From Alphaproteobacteria bacterium (lineage in GTDB: Bacteria > Pseudomonadota > Alphaproteobacteria > RS24): 64,000 nucleotides of DNA. The stretch's first letter is position 1. The number at the start of each line of letters is the position of its first letter. Below, one piece after another: positions 27,227 to 37,181 of this stretch. The notes under the pieces were generated by a model. That model was not told the origin of the DNA, searched no databases, and saw only the letters and a program-made list of their open reading frames with translations. The position numbers and the translations under genes are program-made. The stretch covers positions 12,847 through 76,846 of the forward strand of contig JAQWIP010000102.1 of assembly GCA_029248825.1 (NCBI GenBank), in the 5' to 3' direction.

Positions 27227-27829
27227 ATGCGGGCGCCCCCTCTCTCTCGATTGCTCATCAGCGACCAAAGCCGTTGCCCCGATTGGCGCGCCGCTTTGGC
27301 CGCAGCCAAACACAGCGCAGGGTCGCGCGCGCGCCAAAGTGTCGGATTGATTTTGCGCGATTATGATTTTCCCGCCCGCGCCGAGCTGGCACAAGATATG
27401 GCCACTTATTGCGCGCGCGAGAAGCTTTATTTCGCCATTGCGGGCGATGCCCGATTGGCCGCCAAACATGGCGCCGCGTTTCATTGCCCGTCTTATTTGC
27501 TGGCACGCCCCGTCGCGAGATTGGGGCGCGCTTTGGCGTGTGATTTTGCCGCCGTGCATAATCGCGCGCAGCTTCGACAAGCCGCCAAGGCTGGATTTGG
27601 CAATGTGTTTTTATCGCCCGTATTTGCCACCCAAAGCCATATCGGCGCCCCGCCGCTCGGCGTTATCCGCGCCCGCGCGCTGGCAAAATTAGCGTCTCAC
27701 TATGGTTTGCGCGCCTATGCGCTCGGCGGCATGAACGAGGCCACATGGGAGCGGCTCAACGGCCAAAGCCAAGCCTTTCACGGCTTTGGCGCGATAGACG
27801 CTTTTGTGACCAATCCACCCGCCCCATAG
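27227..27829 (+). CDS. thiamine-phosphate synthase family (ThiE/TenI-like) protein
   Basis: 200 aa. LILRDYD, FLSPVFATQSH, YALGGMN. Confidence 0.7.
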   Translation: MRAPPLSRLLISDQSRCPDWRAALAAAKHSAGSRARQSVGLILRDYDFPARAELAQDMATYCAREKLYFAIAGDARLAAKHGAAFHCPSYLLARPVARLGRALACDFAAVHNRAQLRQAAKAGFGNVFLSPVFATQSHIGAPPLGVIRARALAKLASHYGLRAYALGGMNEATWERLNGQSQAFHGFGAIDAFVTNPPAP

Positions 27830-27943
27830 GCGTCGGGAAAAGACGGACATCTCTTTACATTTGCCCGCCGTGGCCATAATAGTTAGAGACTTCGATACCC
27901 ATTTATAACGCATGCCCGCTTGGGCTTTTTTACGGATAAAAAC

Positions 27944-28552
27944 ATGGCCGAACCTCGCACCGCTTTTTTACCTTGGGCGTCTCGCACGCAAAACCCCCCA
28001 ATCAAGGCTCGCCTCCGCGTCTCGCGCGCAATAAGCGGCGTTCGCGCACCCCTTCGCGTGCTGGTTTTGGCCGCCATGGTAAGCGCGTGTGGAGCCAATA
28101 TTGAAGCCAATTATCCAAGCGGCGCAGAAGACGAAATGGAAAACAGCGGCTCATTCCTCGATTTCTTCAGCTTTGGCGACCGCTCGGCCAGCCCATCCAA
28201 ACCCGCCAAAAAAGCCGCCCCTTTGGGCATCGCCGTGAACACCGATTTATGGCGCGCCTCGTTAGATACTTTGCGCTTCATGCCGATTGCCAGCGCCGAC
28301 CCTATCGGCGGCACAATTATTACCGATTGGTATAATGACCCCGGCACCAATGGCGAACGGTTGAAAATGAACGTTGTCATCAGCAGCCTCGAATTGCGCG
28401 CCGATGCTTTGCGCGTTTCGATTTTCCGCGAGCGCAAAACTTCGGGACGCTGGACTTCGGTGGCCGTGTCCAGTCGCTCCGCCGCGCAAATGGAAAATAT
28501 TATTCTGACCCGCGCCCGCGACTTTAAAATCGCCCGCCGCGTCAATCCTTAG
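27944..28552 (+). CDS. DUF3576-like lipoprotein
   Basis: Lipobox-like [34 protein letters not shown] recalls DUF3576, conserved upstream of leuS in alphaproteobacteria. Start is uncertain (TTG 27920 or ATG 27944). Confidence 0.6.
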   Translation: MAEPRTAFLPWASRTQNPPIKARLRVSRAISGVRAPLRVLVLAAMVSACGANIEANYPSGAEDEMENSGSFLDFFSFGDRSASPSKPAKKAAPLGIAVNTDLWRASLDTLRFMPIASADPIGGTIITDWYNDPGTNGERLKMNVVISSLELRADALRVSIFRERKTSGRWTSVAVSSRSAAQMENIILTRARDFKIARRVNP

Positions 28553-28560
28553 GAGTCTTC

Positions 28561-31149
28561 ATGTCGCGTTACGACCCCCTCGAGCATGAGGCCGATTGGC
28601 AATCCGCTTGGGAGGCAGCCGATTGTTTTGCTGCCGAAGATATCGATGGCGGAAAACCCAAATATTATGTGCTGGAAATGTTTCCCTATCCTTCGGGGCG
28701 CATTCATATGGGTCATGTTCGCAATTACGCTATGGGCGATGTCGTGGCGCGGTTTAAAAAAGCCCAAGGCTTTAACGTGCTTCACCCAATGGGTTGGGAT
28801 GCTTTTGGAATGCCGGCCGAAAATGCCGCGATGGAAAAAAACACGCATCCTGGCAAATGGACGTATGAAAATATCGACGCCATGCGCGCCCAGCTAAAAA
28901 AGCTTGGCCTATCGATCGATTGGGCGCGCGAATTTGCGACCTGTGACCCAAGCTATTACGCCCATGAACAAGCCATGTTTCTCGACTTCCTCGATGCCGA
29001 TTTAGTCGACCGCCGCGAAAGCCTCGTCAATTGGGATCCGGTAGACCAGACCGTGTTGGCCAATGAGCAAGTTATCGATGGCAAGGGCTGGCGCTCGGGC
29101 GCGGCCGTCGAGCAGAGAAAACTCACGCAATGGTTTTTAAAAATCTCCGAACATGCCGGCGATTTATTGGACGCGCTCGATGGCCTCGAGCGCTGGCCAG
29201 AAAAAGTTCGCACCATGCAAGTCAATTGGATTGGCCGCTCGGAAGGCCTGTCGTTTGCTTTTGAGCTAGAAACACCAGCCGCCGGATTTGACGCTTTGGA
29301 AGTCTATACCACGCGCCCCGATACGCTTTATGGCGCGAGCTTTTGCGCCATTTCGCCCGACCACCCGCTGGCCATAGAACTGGCCAAAGACAATGGCGAA
29401 CTGGCCGCGTTTCGCGCCGAGTGTGCCAGCCGTGGCACCTCGGAAGTGGATATTGAGGCCGGCGAAAAACTCGGCCATGACACCGGCTTGCGCGTGAAAC
29501 ATCCGCTCGACGAGAGCTGGGTCTTGCCTGTCTATGTGGCGAATTTTGTTCTTATGGGCTATGGCACAGGCGCGATTTTTGCCTGCCCCGCCCATGACCA
29601 ACGCGATTTGGATTTCGCCCTGAAATATGGCCTGCCCGTGCGCACTGTGGTGGCGCCCAAAGACCAGCTAGATTTTGAAGTAAGCGATACCGCTTTTGCT
29701 GGCGCCGGCGCGCAAGATGGCGTGATGGTGCGCTCGGGCGCGCTAGACGGCCTGCGCCCCGCCGAGGCCAGCGAAAAAATAATCGCTCAATTTGAAGCCG
29801 AAGCCAAAGGCCAACGCAAAGTCAATTTTCGCCTGCGCGATTGGGGCATTTCGCGACAACGCTATTGGGGCTGCCCGATTCCGATGGTGTTGTGCAAGAC
29901 TTGCGGCACCGTGCCCGTGCCGCGCGCGCAATTGCCCGTGGTGCTGCCCGACGACATCCGCTTCGATAAGCCTGGAAATCCGCTCGACCATCACCCGACT
30001 TGGAAACATGTCGACTGCCCGTCTTGCGGCCAAGCGAGCGAGCGCGAGACCGATACATTTGATACATTTATGGATAGCAGCTGGTATTTCGCCCGCTTTG
30101 CAGGCCTTAGCGAAGACAGCCCGACCGATCGAAAAGCGGTCGACCATTGGCTGCCCGTCGACAAATATATCGGCGGCATTGAACACGCGATTTTGCATCT
30201 CCTGTATGCCCGCTTCTATGCGCGCGCGATGGAAAAAACTGGCCATTTGGGCGTCAAAGAACCTTTCGACAGATTGTTTACCCAAGGCATGGTGTGCCAT
30301 GAAACCTATCGGGTGAAAGGCGAGCCGAAAAGCGCTTGGCTGTCGCCCCAAGAGATTACCCGAAACGAAAACGGCGCGGTTTTGGCCGCCGACCCCTCCA
30401 TTGAAGTGGCGGTGGGAAGCATTGAGAAAATGTCCAAGTCGAAGAAAAATACCGTCGACCCCGACGATATTATCGCCCGTTATGGCGCCGACACGGCGCG
30501 CTGGTTTATGTTATCCGACAGCCCGCCCGAGCGCGATGTGCAATGGACGCAAGATGGCATTGAGGGCGCGTGGCGATATGTGCAACGGGTCTGGCGTTTG
30601 TTCGATGAAGCGCGCGGATTGGGTCAAGCCAAGCCAGATTTATCGGCGCCCACTGGCGAGGCCGCGCTGGAAATTTATCGCGCCACCCAATTGGCCATTG
30701 ATACGATGACCCAAGATTTAAGCGCGCTTGGCTTTAACCGCGCCGTTGCCCGCGCTTATGAGTTGACCAATGCTTTGTCGGGGTTTGAAGCCAAGACGCC
30801 AGAAGACACGGATACCTATCTTTATGCGCTGGCCAAATTAGCCCAATTGATCGGCCCGATGATGCCGCATTTGGCCGAGAGCGGCTGGCAGATTGTTGGC
30901 GGACAAGGGCTTTTGGCGCAAGCGTCTTGGCCGAAAGCCGATATGAGCGTGCTGGCCAGCGATGAGATTTTGATGCCCGTGCAAATCAACGGCAAGCGGC
31001 GGGCTGAAATTAAAGTGCCTAAAGACGCCGATAACGCTATGATTGAAGCCATGGTTCTGGCGGAACCGCAGGTGGAGAAATTTATCGATGGCAAGCCCAT
31101 TAAAAAAACCATCATTGTCCCGGGTCGGATTATCAACCTTGTTATCTAG
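28561..31149 (+). CDS. leuS: leucine--tRNA ligase
   Basis: 862 aa. HMGHVRNY (HIGH) and KMSKSKKN (KMSKS) motifs. Confidence 0.98.
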   Translation: MSRYDPLEHEADWQSAWEAADCFAAEDIDGGKPKYYVLEMFPYPSGRIHMGHVRNYAMGDVVARFKKAQGFNVLHPMGWDAFGMPAENAAMEKNTHPGKWTYENIDAMRAQLKKLGLSIDWAREFATCDPSYYAHEQAMFLDFLDADLVDRRESLVNWDPVDQTVLANEQVIDGKGWRSGAAVEQRKLTQWFLKISEHAGDLLDALDGLERWPEKVRTMQVNWIGRSEGLSFAFELETPAAGFDALEVYTTRPDTLYGASFCAISPDHPLAIELAKDNGELAAFRAECASRGTSEVDIEAGEKLGHDTGLRVKHPLDESWVLPVYVANFVLMGYGTGAIFACPAHDQRDLDFALKYGLPVRTVVAPKDQLDFEVSDTAFAGAGAQDGVMVRSGALDGLRPAEASEKIIAQFEAEAKGQRKVNFRLRDWGISRQRYWGCPIPMVLCKTCGTVPVPRAQLPVVLPDDIRFDKPGNPLDHHPTWKHVDCPSCGQASERETDTFDTFMDSSWYFARFAGLSEDSPTDRKAVDHWLPVDKYIGGIEHAILHLLYARFYARAMEKTGHLGVKEPFDRLFTQGMVCHETYRVKGEPKSAWLSPQEITRNENGAVLAADPSIEVAVGSIEKMSKSKKNTVDPDDIIARYGADTARWFMLSDSPPERDVQWTQDGIEGAWRYVQRVWRLFDEARGLGQAKPDLSAPTGEAALEIYRATQLAIDTMTQDLSALGFNRAVARAYELTNALSGFEAKTPEDTDTYLYALAKLAQLIGPMMPHLAESGWQIVGGQGLLAQASWPKADMSVLASDEILMPVQINGKRRAEIKVPKDADNAMIEAMVLAEPQVEKFIDGKPIKKTIIVPGRIINLVI

Positions 31150-31642
31150 CCGAGCCAGCCGTCTCTGGCTGACCGTCTGGGTGAGCAGCGTGTCGCTGGC
31201 GGCGTGTGGGTTTGAACCCATCTATCGCGCCGATAATTTGCGCGCTAATGTGATTTCCAATCTCGAAATATCCGATAGCCGTTTGGGTCGCCAATTAGAC
31301 CGCGCGTTGCGCAGCCGCATCCGCCCCTCGGCGGGTGCCCCTTGGGTCGCCACTATAGACATAAAAGAGCGCCTCGAAGACCGCCAAGTCGATAGCCAAG
31401 GTGTCGCCCAACGCGCGCGCCTGACGCATCGGTTGGAATTGGTTTTGCGCGAGACGGCCACCGGTAAAACCCGCGTCGAGGTTTTCCAGCAAGAACAATT
31501 TCTTAACCGCAGCGATAGCGGTGGCGATGAAGTGGCGAAATTGCGCGCTTTGCGTGCCCTCGCCGTGCAGGCCTTGAGCCAAAAACTGGCGGCTTTTTTA
31601 CAAGCTCTGGCCACCCCCAAGGAGCGGAACCAGACGCGATGA
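31139..31642 (+). CDS. lptE: LPS-assembly lipoprotein LptE
   Basis: Signal peptide with lipobox SLAAC, and the conserved leuS-lptE-holA order. Start is uncertain (TTG 31139 or ATG 31088, both overlapping the leuS end). The stop overlaps the holA ATG (ATGA). Confidence 0.7.
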   Translation: MLSSRASRLWLTVWVSSVSLAACGFEPIYRADNLRANVISNLEISDSRLGRQLDRALRSRIRPSAGAPWVATIDIKERLEDRQVDSQGVAQRARLTHRLELVLRETATGKTRVEVFQQEQFLNRSDSGGDEVAKLRALRALAVQALSQKLAAFLQALATPKERNQTR

Positions 31643-32697
31643 AACTACAAGCCTATAAAGTTGACGCCTATGTGTCCGCTCTCAAAGCCAGCACCGCCCC
31701 CGCTTTGATTTTAATCTATGGCCCCGACCATGGCGGCGTGCGCGAGACCTCGAAAACAATCTTGAAACGGTTTTTGGGCAAAGACTATGACCCCCTGCAA
31801 TATGTCTCGCTCGCCGATACGCAATTATCCGGCCAGCCCGGTTTGCTGGCCGATGAGGCGGCGGCCATGCCGATGTTTGGCGACGAGAAAATTATCGTCG
31901 TCACCGGCGCCGCCGGCGCGGCGCCCGAAGCCGCCCGTCTTTATTTGGAAACGCTGAACGAGGCGACCTCGAAAGCCGCGCTGGTGGTCATCGAAGCGGG
32001 CAATCTTAAGCCGTCTTCGGGTTTGCGAAAATTGGCCGAAAAAGACGACCGCGCCATGGCCTTGCCTTGTTATGAATTGGAAGCGCGCGACATTACGCAG
32101 TTGGCGCGCAGTTTCATGGAGGCCGAAAACTACCGCATCGAAGCGCAAGCTTTGGAAATGCTGGCGGCGCGTTTGGCCACCGATCGCGGGATTATTCAGC
32201 GCGAATTGGAACGCTTGGTTTTATTCAAAGGCGTGCTGGATAAAAACCAAGCGACGGGCATGATTACCGCCGAGGACGTCGACGCGGCCTTGGGCGACCA
32301 GACCCAAGCGGGGTTTGATAAGCTCATCGATAATGTGGCGCTGGGTCGTCTCGATGCCGCCGACCGCGCCGTGGCGCGATTGAGCGAAGCCGGAACGCCC
32401 GCCGCCGTGGCGCTGGGGGCGGTGCGGACGCATTTTCAAACCCTGCATCTCGCGCTCGCGATGATGGAAAAAGGCACGCCGCAATCGCAAGCCTTGAGTG
32501 CGTTTAAACCGCCGTTGCATTTTCGCCGCAAACCAAAAGTCGAAGAACAATTGCGGCTTTGGTCCTCGCGAAAATGTGCGCGCGCGCTATCGATTTTAAA
32601 CGAAGCCGAAACCGCCTGTCGCGGAGCCACGCCCGGCCTCTCGAAAGCGCAAGCCGGCCAAGCCCTCTTGCGGATTACCCGCGCGGCAAAATTATAA
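31639..32697 (+). CDS. holA: DNA polymerase III delta subunit
   Basis: 352 aa. LIYGPD N-terminal motif, plus length and position after lptE. Confidence 0.85.
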   Translation: MKLQAYKVDAYVSALKASTAPALILIYGPDHGGVRETSKTILKRFLGKDYDPLQYVSLADTQLSGQPGLLADEAAAMPMFGDEKIIVVTGAAGAAPEAARLYLETLNEATSKAALVVIEAGNLKPSSGLRKLAEKDDRAMALPCYELEARDITQLARSFMEAENYRIEAQALEMLAARLATDRGIIQRELERLVLFKGVLDKNQATGMITAEDVDAALGDQTQAGFDKLIDNVALGRLDAADRAVARLSEAGTPAAVALGAVRTHFQTLHLALAMMEKGTPQSQALSAFKPPLHFRRKPKVEEQLRLWSSRKCARALSILNEAETACRGATPGLSKAQAGQALLRITRAAKL

Positions 32698-32698
32698 T

Positions 32699-33631
32699 CT
32701 AGGTTTCCAAAAGCTTGCTGACCAGAGTGTCCAATTGGTCGAGCGATTTATAGGTCACGCGAAGCGAGCCGCCTTTATTGTCGCCCTTATCGTCAATCGA
32801 AACGCCAAGCCCGAGACTATCGCTAATGGTTTTTTCCAAAGCCCGCGTGTCGGCATTTTTTGCATCGGGTGTCGCCGCCTTGGCGTTTGAGGGCGCCGCC
32901 TCTTGCTTGTCGGAATTTGCCAAGCCCTCTACCGCGCGCACGCTCAACCCTTCGGCGATAATTTTCTTCACCAAAGCCGCACCATTGGAAACCCCCAAAA
33001 GGGCGCGCGCGTGCCCCATGGAAATCGTGCCTTCGACCAAAGCCTTGCGCACCGCATCGGGCGCCGCTGTCAGGCGCAACAGATTGGCAATATGGCTGCG
33101 GCTTTTGCCAATCGTCTCGGCAAGCTCGGCTTGCGTATAGGCGAAATCATCGATAAGTCGTTGATATCCCTCAGCTTCTTCGATTGGGTTTAAATCAGAA
33201 CGCTGCACGTTCTCGATAATGCCAATCTCCAGCGCGGTCACATCATTGATATCTTGAACGAGGGTCGGCACTTGATGCAATTTGGCTTTTTGCGCGGCGC
33301 GCCAACGCCGCTCGCCAGCGATAATTTCAAACTGGTGTTTTTTACCGGCAATCGGGCGCACCAAAAGCGGTTGTAAAATGCCTGACTTTTCGACCGAGGC
33401 GGCCAGCGCTACCAACTCGCTTTCGGCAAAGTTTTTGCGCGGCTGAAACTTGCCGGGCTGCAATTGGTCAACCCCGAGATAAACCAAGCCATCGCCGCGG
33501 GCGGGCACATCGTCGCGGGCTGTCACGGAAGTGGTTTGGCTCTCGGCTGTTGGCTCGACCACCGCCTGTTTGGCTGTTTCGCCAATGAGGGCCGATAGGC
33601 CTCGGCCAAGGCCGCGTTTTTTATCACTCAT
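32699..33631 (-). CDS. parB: chromosome partitioning protein ParB
   Basis: GLGRGLSALI, IIAGERRWRAA, ENVQRSDLNPIEEAEGYQRL, and HTH AELAETIGKSRSHIANLLRL. Confidence 0.97.
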   Translation of the reverse strand: MSDKKRGLGRGLSALIGETAKQAVVEPTAESQTTSVTARDDVPARGDGLVYLGVDQLQPGKFQPRKNFAESELVALAASVEKSGILQPLLVRPIAGKKHQFEIIAGERRWRAAQKAKLHQVPTLVQDINDVTALEIGIIENVQRSDLNPIEEAEGYQRLIDDFAYTQAELAETIGKSRSHIANLLRLTAAPDAVRKALVEGTISMGHARALLGVSNGAALVKKIIAEGLSVRAVEGLANSDKQEAAPSNAKAATPDAKNADTRALEKTISDSLGLGVSIDDKGDNKGGSLRVTYKSLDQLDTLVSKLLET

Positions 33632-34472
33632 GTGTTTCCCCTGGCGCGGCTTTATAGTGGCGCTCTCTTTGAATTAATTCTGACGCTAATTTCATATAGG
33701 CTTGCGAGCCGCTGCATTTGTGATCGTAAAGCAAAGCGGGCTTGCCAAAACTTGGCGCTTCGGACACGCGCACATTGCGCGGAATAATCGTCTCATAAAC
33801 CAGCGTTTCAAAATGCCCACGCACATCATCTTCGACTTGCGTCGACAGATTATTGCGCGCGTCATACATGGTCAGCACAATGCCCTGAATATCCAGCGTG
33901 GCGTTGAGACTGTCTTTCACTTGCTCGATGGTTTGCAACAATTGGCTCAAGCCTTCGAGCGCGAAAAATTCGCATTGCAACGGCACTAAAACAGATTGCG
34001 CCGCCACCATAGCGTTTAGCGTCAACATGTTCAGCGACGGCGGGCAATCGATAAACACATAAGCATAAGCCGCACCGCTATCGCGGGCAAAAGCCTCCAG
34101 CTCATCTTTCAGCCGATGCAAGCGGCGCGGGTTTTCGGCCAGCTCTACTTCCACACCCAAGAGATCCATACTGGCGGGCACTAAATCTAGCCCGGGCACA
34201 ACGCTTGGCATAATCGCCTCGACCATTGGCACTTCGCCGAGCAGCACTTCAAAGCTTGTGGTCTCGCGGCCTTCGCGGTCGACGCCCAAACCCGTCGAGG
34301 CATTGCCTTGCGGGTCGAGATCGACCAGCAGCACTTTTTCGCCGATGGCGGCCAAAGCCGTGCTGAGGTTAATCGCCGTCGTGGTTTTGCCAACGCCGCC
34401 CTTTTGGTTGGCCAGACAAATAAACCGAGGCGTCCCGGTTTTTTGGGATAACGGGGGGTCTTGCGAACTCAT
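33624..34472 (-). CDS. parA: chromosome partitioning ATPase ParA
   Basis: Deviant Walker A NQKGGVGKTTT, then DLDPQGNAS. Start is at ATG 34470-34472 (alternative 34490). Overlaps parB by 8 nt. Confidence 0.96.
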   Translation of the reverse strand: MSSQDPPLSQKTGTPRFICLANQKGGVGKTTTAINLSTALAAIGEKVLLVDLDPQGNASTGLGVDREGRETTSFEVLLGEVPMVEAIMPSVVPGLDLVPASMDLLGVEVELAENPRRLHRLKDELEAFARDSGAAYAYVFIDCPPSLNMLTLNAMVAAQSVLVPLQCEFFALEGLSQLLQTIEQVKDSLNATLDIQGIVLTMYDARNNLSTQVEDDVRGHFETLVYETIIPRNVRVSEAPSFGKPALLYDHKCSGSQAYMKLASELIQRERHYKAAPGETHE

Positions 34473-34518
34473 AAGCGTGTTTTTCTCCAAAAAGCGGCTG
34501 CTTCAACCCTTGTCTGGT

Positions 34519-35178
34519 TTAGCCTTGGCGCGCCGATAGGGCTTTAATTTCAATCAATCTCGCGTCCGCATCGGTACGGCTTTCATGCGCAATCGTCTCA
34601 AGTTTCCAATATTGTTGGGCTTGCGTCAATTCTTCTTGCCAATCTCGCCCCTTATGCAGCAGCGCAATTGTGGATGGATTGAAAAACGGCGCCATAAGCC
34701 CTGCCAACCCTTGCATAGACGCCAAAGCCCGCGCGGTAATTACGTCGACCTCGGCCAAAGCCTCCGGCAAAGCCTCGCTCAACGCCTCAATCCGCATATG
34801 ATGCACCGTGGCTGGCGCACCGGTGTCGCGCAAGACGGCGCGCAGAAAACTGACTTTCTTGCGGTCGCTCTCCACCAAATGCACTTGTGCTTGGGGCGCG
34901 CCCTCGGGTCTATCGGCCAAGAGAATAGCCAGAACCAGCCCAGGAAACCCCGCGCCGCTGCCGATATCCAACCAGATGCGTGCGGTTTTGGGCGCCAAAT
35001 CAAGAATTTGCGCGCAATCGGCCACATGGCGATGCCAATATTGCGCCAAAGTGGACGGCCCCACTAAGTTCACCGATTTTTGCCATTTGCCCAATAAAGC
35101 TTGATAGGTGGTCAGATGCACCATTGTTTCACGTGAAACATTGAATTGCTCGGCAAAGGCTTGCGCATTCATTTCCAT
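34519..35178 (-). CDS. rsmG: 16S rRNA (guanine527-N7)-methyltransferase
   Basis: Start trimmed to MEMNAQAF (ATG 35176-35178). FNVSRET N-terminal motif and SAM-binding motif DIGSGAGFPGL. Confidence 0.93.
   Translation of the reverse strand: MEMNAQAFAEQFNVSRETMVHLTTYQALLGKWQKSVNLVGPSTLAQYWHRHVADCAQILDLAPKTARIWLDIGSGAGFPGLVLAILLADRPEGAPQAQVHLVESDRKKVSFLRAVLRDTGAPATVHHMRIEALSEALPEALAEVDVITARALASMQGLAGLMAPFFNPSTIALLHKGRDWQEELTQAQQYWKLETIAHESRTDADARLIEIKALSARQG
35125..35140. other. parS centromere-like site (inside rsmG)
   Basis: Perfect 16-bp palindrome TGTTTCACGTGAAACA, matching the canonical parS consensus. In the rsmG frame it reads aat-GTT-TCA-CGT-GAA-ACA-atg = N-V-S-R-E-T-M. Confidence 0.85.
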
Positions 35179-35185
35179 GGTCGGC

Positions 35186-37081
35186 CTATGTCTCGGAAGA
35201 CTTGGTAGGCGCGCGCTGGTTTTTGCGCGCATGGTGCAGTAAAAGCGTCAAGGCGGCGGGCGTCATGCCGTCCATCCGCGCCGCTTGTCCTAGCGTTACC
35301 GGTCGGGCGGCGGCTAATTTTTGACGAACTTCCGTCGCCATGCCTTCCAGCGCCAAATAATCCATATCGCTTGGCAGGCTTAGCGCTTCGTCGCGGCGAA
35401 ACGCGTCAATGTCCGCTTGTTGGCGATCGAGATAGCCAGCATAAAGCGCATCGGTTTCGATTTGCTGGCGGATCTCGCGCGACCAATCGCCCATTTCTGG
35501 CCAGACGGCTTGCAAATCTTTCCAATCAATCGACGGATAGGCCAAAAGCTCGCTCATCGTGCGGCGCAAGCCATCGGCGCGAATATGCATGCCCTTGGCG
35601 CCCGCCTCATTGGGAGTCATTGTCCAAGAAGCCGCTTTTGTGCGCGCCGCCGTCAGGACCGCCATTTTGGCGCGAAACGCTTTGGCACGGCGCGGGCCGA
35701 CAATCCCAGCGGCAATGCCTTTTTCGGTCAAGCGCTGATCGGCATTATCGGCGCGCAAGCTTAAGCGGTATTCCGCCCGCGCCGTAAACATCCGATACGG
35801 CTCGGAAACGCCCTTGGTCACCAAGTCGTCAATCATCACGCCGAGATAGGCTTCGGCGCGGTCAAAATACACCGCCGCCTCGCCCGCCGCCGCGCGCGCA
35901 GCATTCAGACCCGCAACCAGCCCCTGTCCCGCTGCTTCTTCATACCCGGTCGTGCCATTTATCTGTCCGGCCAAATAAAGCCCGGGCAAAGCTTTCAACT
36001 CAAGGCTTGGCAGCAAAGCTTTCGGGTCGACATAATCATATTCAATGGCATAGCCCGGGCGGATGATTTTGACCTCCTCCAGCCCCACAATCGTGCGGAT
36101 AAACCTATCCTGCAACTCGGCCGGTAAAGAGGTGGAGATGCCATTGGGATACACCGTCGGGTCATCGAGGCCTTCTGGTTCCAAGAAAATCTGATGGCTC
36201 TTGCGCTCGGGAAAGCGCGCCACTTTGTCTTCAATGGCCGGGCAATAGCGCGGGCCAACGCCGGCAATCTGGCCAGAATAAACCGGCGATTGCAGAATAT
36301 TCTCTTCGATAATATCAAATGTCGCCTGATTGGTATGGGTGATATAGCACACCGTTTGCGGCACGATAATTTTCTCGGTCAAAAACGAAAACGGCACAGG
36401 CGCTTCATCGGCTGGCTGGGCTTCCAGTTTTTCGGTGGCAATCGTGCGGCCATCTAAGCGCGCGGGCGTTCCGGTTTTCATCCGCCCCATGGTTAAAGCG
36501 CCTGTTTGTTCGGCCAGAGCGTAAAGTCGTTTGGAAAGCGTAATGGCGGGCGCCTCGCCATGGCGCCCGGCCGGCACGCGCTCGGTGCCAATATGAATAA
36601 TGCCATCCAAAAACGTGCCCGTGGTCAAAACCACTGATGCCGCGCGGTGGGTTTCGCCGTCTTGCGTCACCACCCCGCAGGCGCGACCCGCTTCTACCAG
36701 CACATCATCGACGGGCTGGCCGAGCAGGCTTAGGTTTTCGGTTTCTTGCATCGCCGCCTGCATGGCCTCGCGATATAGCTTGCGGTCGGCTTGCGTGCGC
36801 GGCCCATGCACGGCCGGGCCTTTGCGCCGATTGAGCAGACGAAATTGAATGCCCGCCTGATCGGCCACCCGCCCCATCAGCCCATCCAGCGCATCGATTT
36901 CGCGCACCAAATGGCCTTTGCCAACGCCGCCAATGGCAGGGTTGCAAGACATCTCGCCAATCGTCTCTAACTTATGGGTGACCAAAAGCGTGCGCGCGCC
37001 AAACCGCGCAGCCGCCGCGGCCGCTTCACAGCCTGCGTGGCCTCCGCCAATGACAATCACATCCCAGTTGTTTTCGTGCAT
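35186..37081 (-). CDS. mnmG: tRNA uridine 5-carboxymethylaminomethyl modification enzyme MnmG (GidA)
   Basis: 631 aa. [17 protein letters not shown] motif, [20 protein letters not shown]. Confidence 0.97.
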   Translation of the reverse strand: MHENNWDVIVIGGGHAGCEAAAAAARFGARTLLVTHKLETIGEMSCNPAIGGVGKGHLVREIDALDGLMGRVADQAGIQFRLLNRRKGPAVHGPRTQADRKLYREAMQAAMQETENLSLLGQPVDDVLVEAGRACGVVTQDGETHRAASVVLTTGTFLDGIIHIGTERVPAGRHGEAPAITLSKRLYALAEQTGALTMGRMKTGTPARLDGRTIATEKLEAQPADEAPVPFSFLTEKIIVPQTVCYITHTNQATFDIIEENILQSPVYSGQIAGVGPRYCPAIEDKVARFPERKSHQIFLEPEGLDDPTVYPNGISTSLPAELQDRFIRTIVGLEEVKIIRPGYAIEYDYVDPKALLPSLELKALPGLYLAGQINGTTGYEEAAGQGLVAGLNAARAAAGEAAVYFDRAEAYLGVMIDDLVTKGVSEPYRMFTARAEYRLSLRADNADQRLTEKGIAAGIVGPRRAKAFRAKMAVLTAARTKAASWTMTPNEAGAKGMHIRADGLRRTMSELLAYPSIDWKDLQAVWPEMGDWSREIRQQIETDALYAGYLDRQQADIDAFRRDEALSLPSDMDYLALEGMATEVRQKLAAARPVTLGQAARMDGMTPAALTLLLHHARKNQRAPTKSSET

Positions 37082-37150
37082 TTACCTGCACTCCCAAATT
37101 TAAAGCGGGTCTCAAGCCGCCTTGTAACGCGGCGCAGGGGTCGAGGCAAG

Positions 37151-37166
37151 TGTTTCACGTGAAACA
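37151..37166. other. parS centromere-like site (mnmE-mnmG intergenic)
   Basis: Second identical perfect palindrome TGTTTCACGTGAAACA, in the 100-nt gap between the mnmE stop and the mnmG start. Confidence 0.85.
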
Positions 37167-37181
37167 ATTTTACCACGCGCC

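Noticed and set aside
27914-27931. GCCC-GCTT-GGGC followed by TTTTTT between the thiE-like gene and the DUF3576 gene
   Set aside because: The stem is only 4 bp, too weak to call a terminator with confidence without energy calculations.
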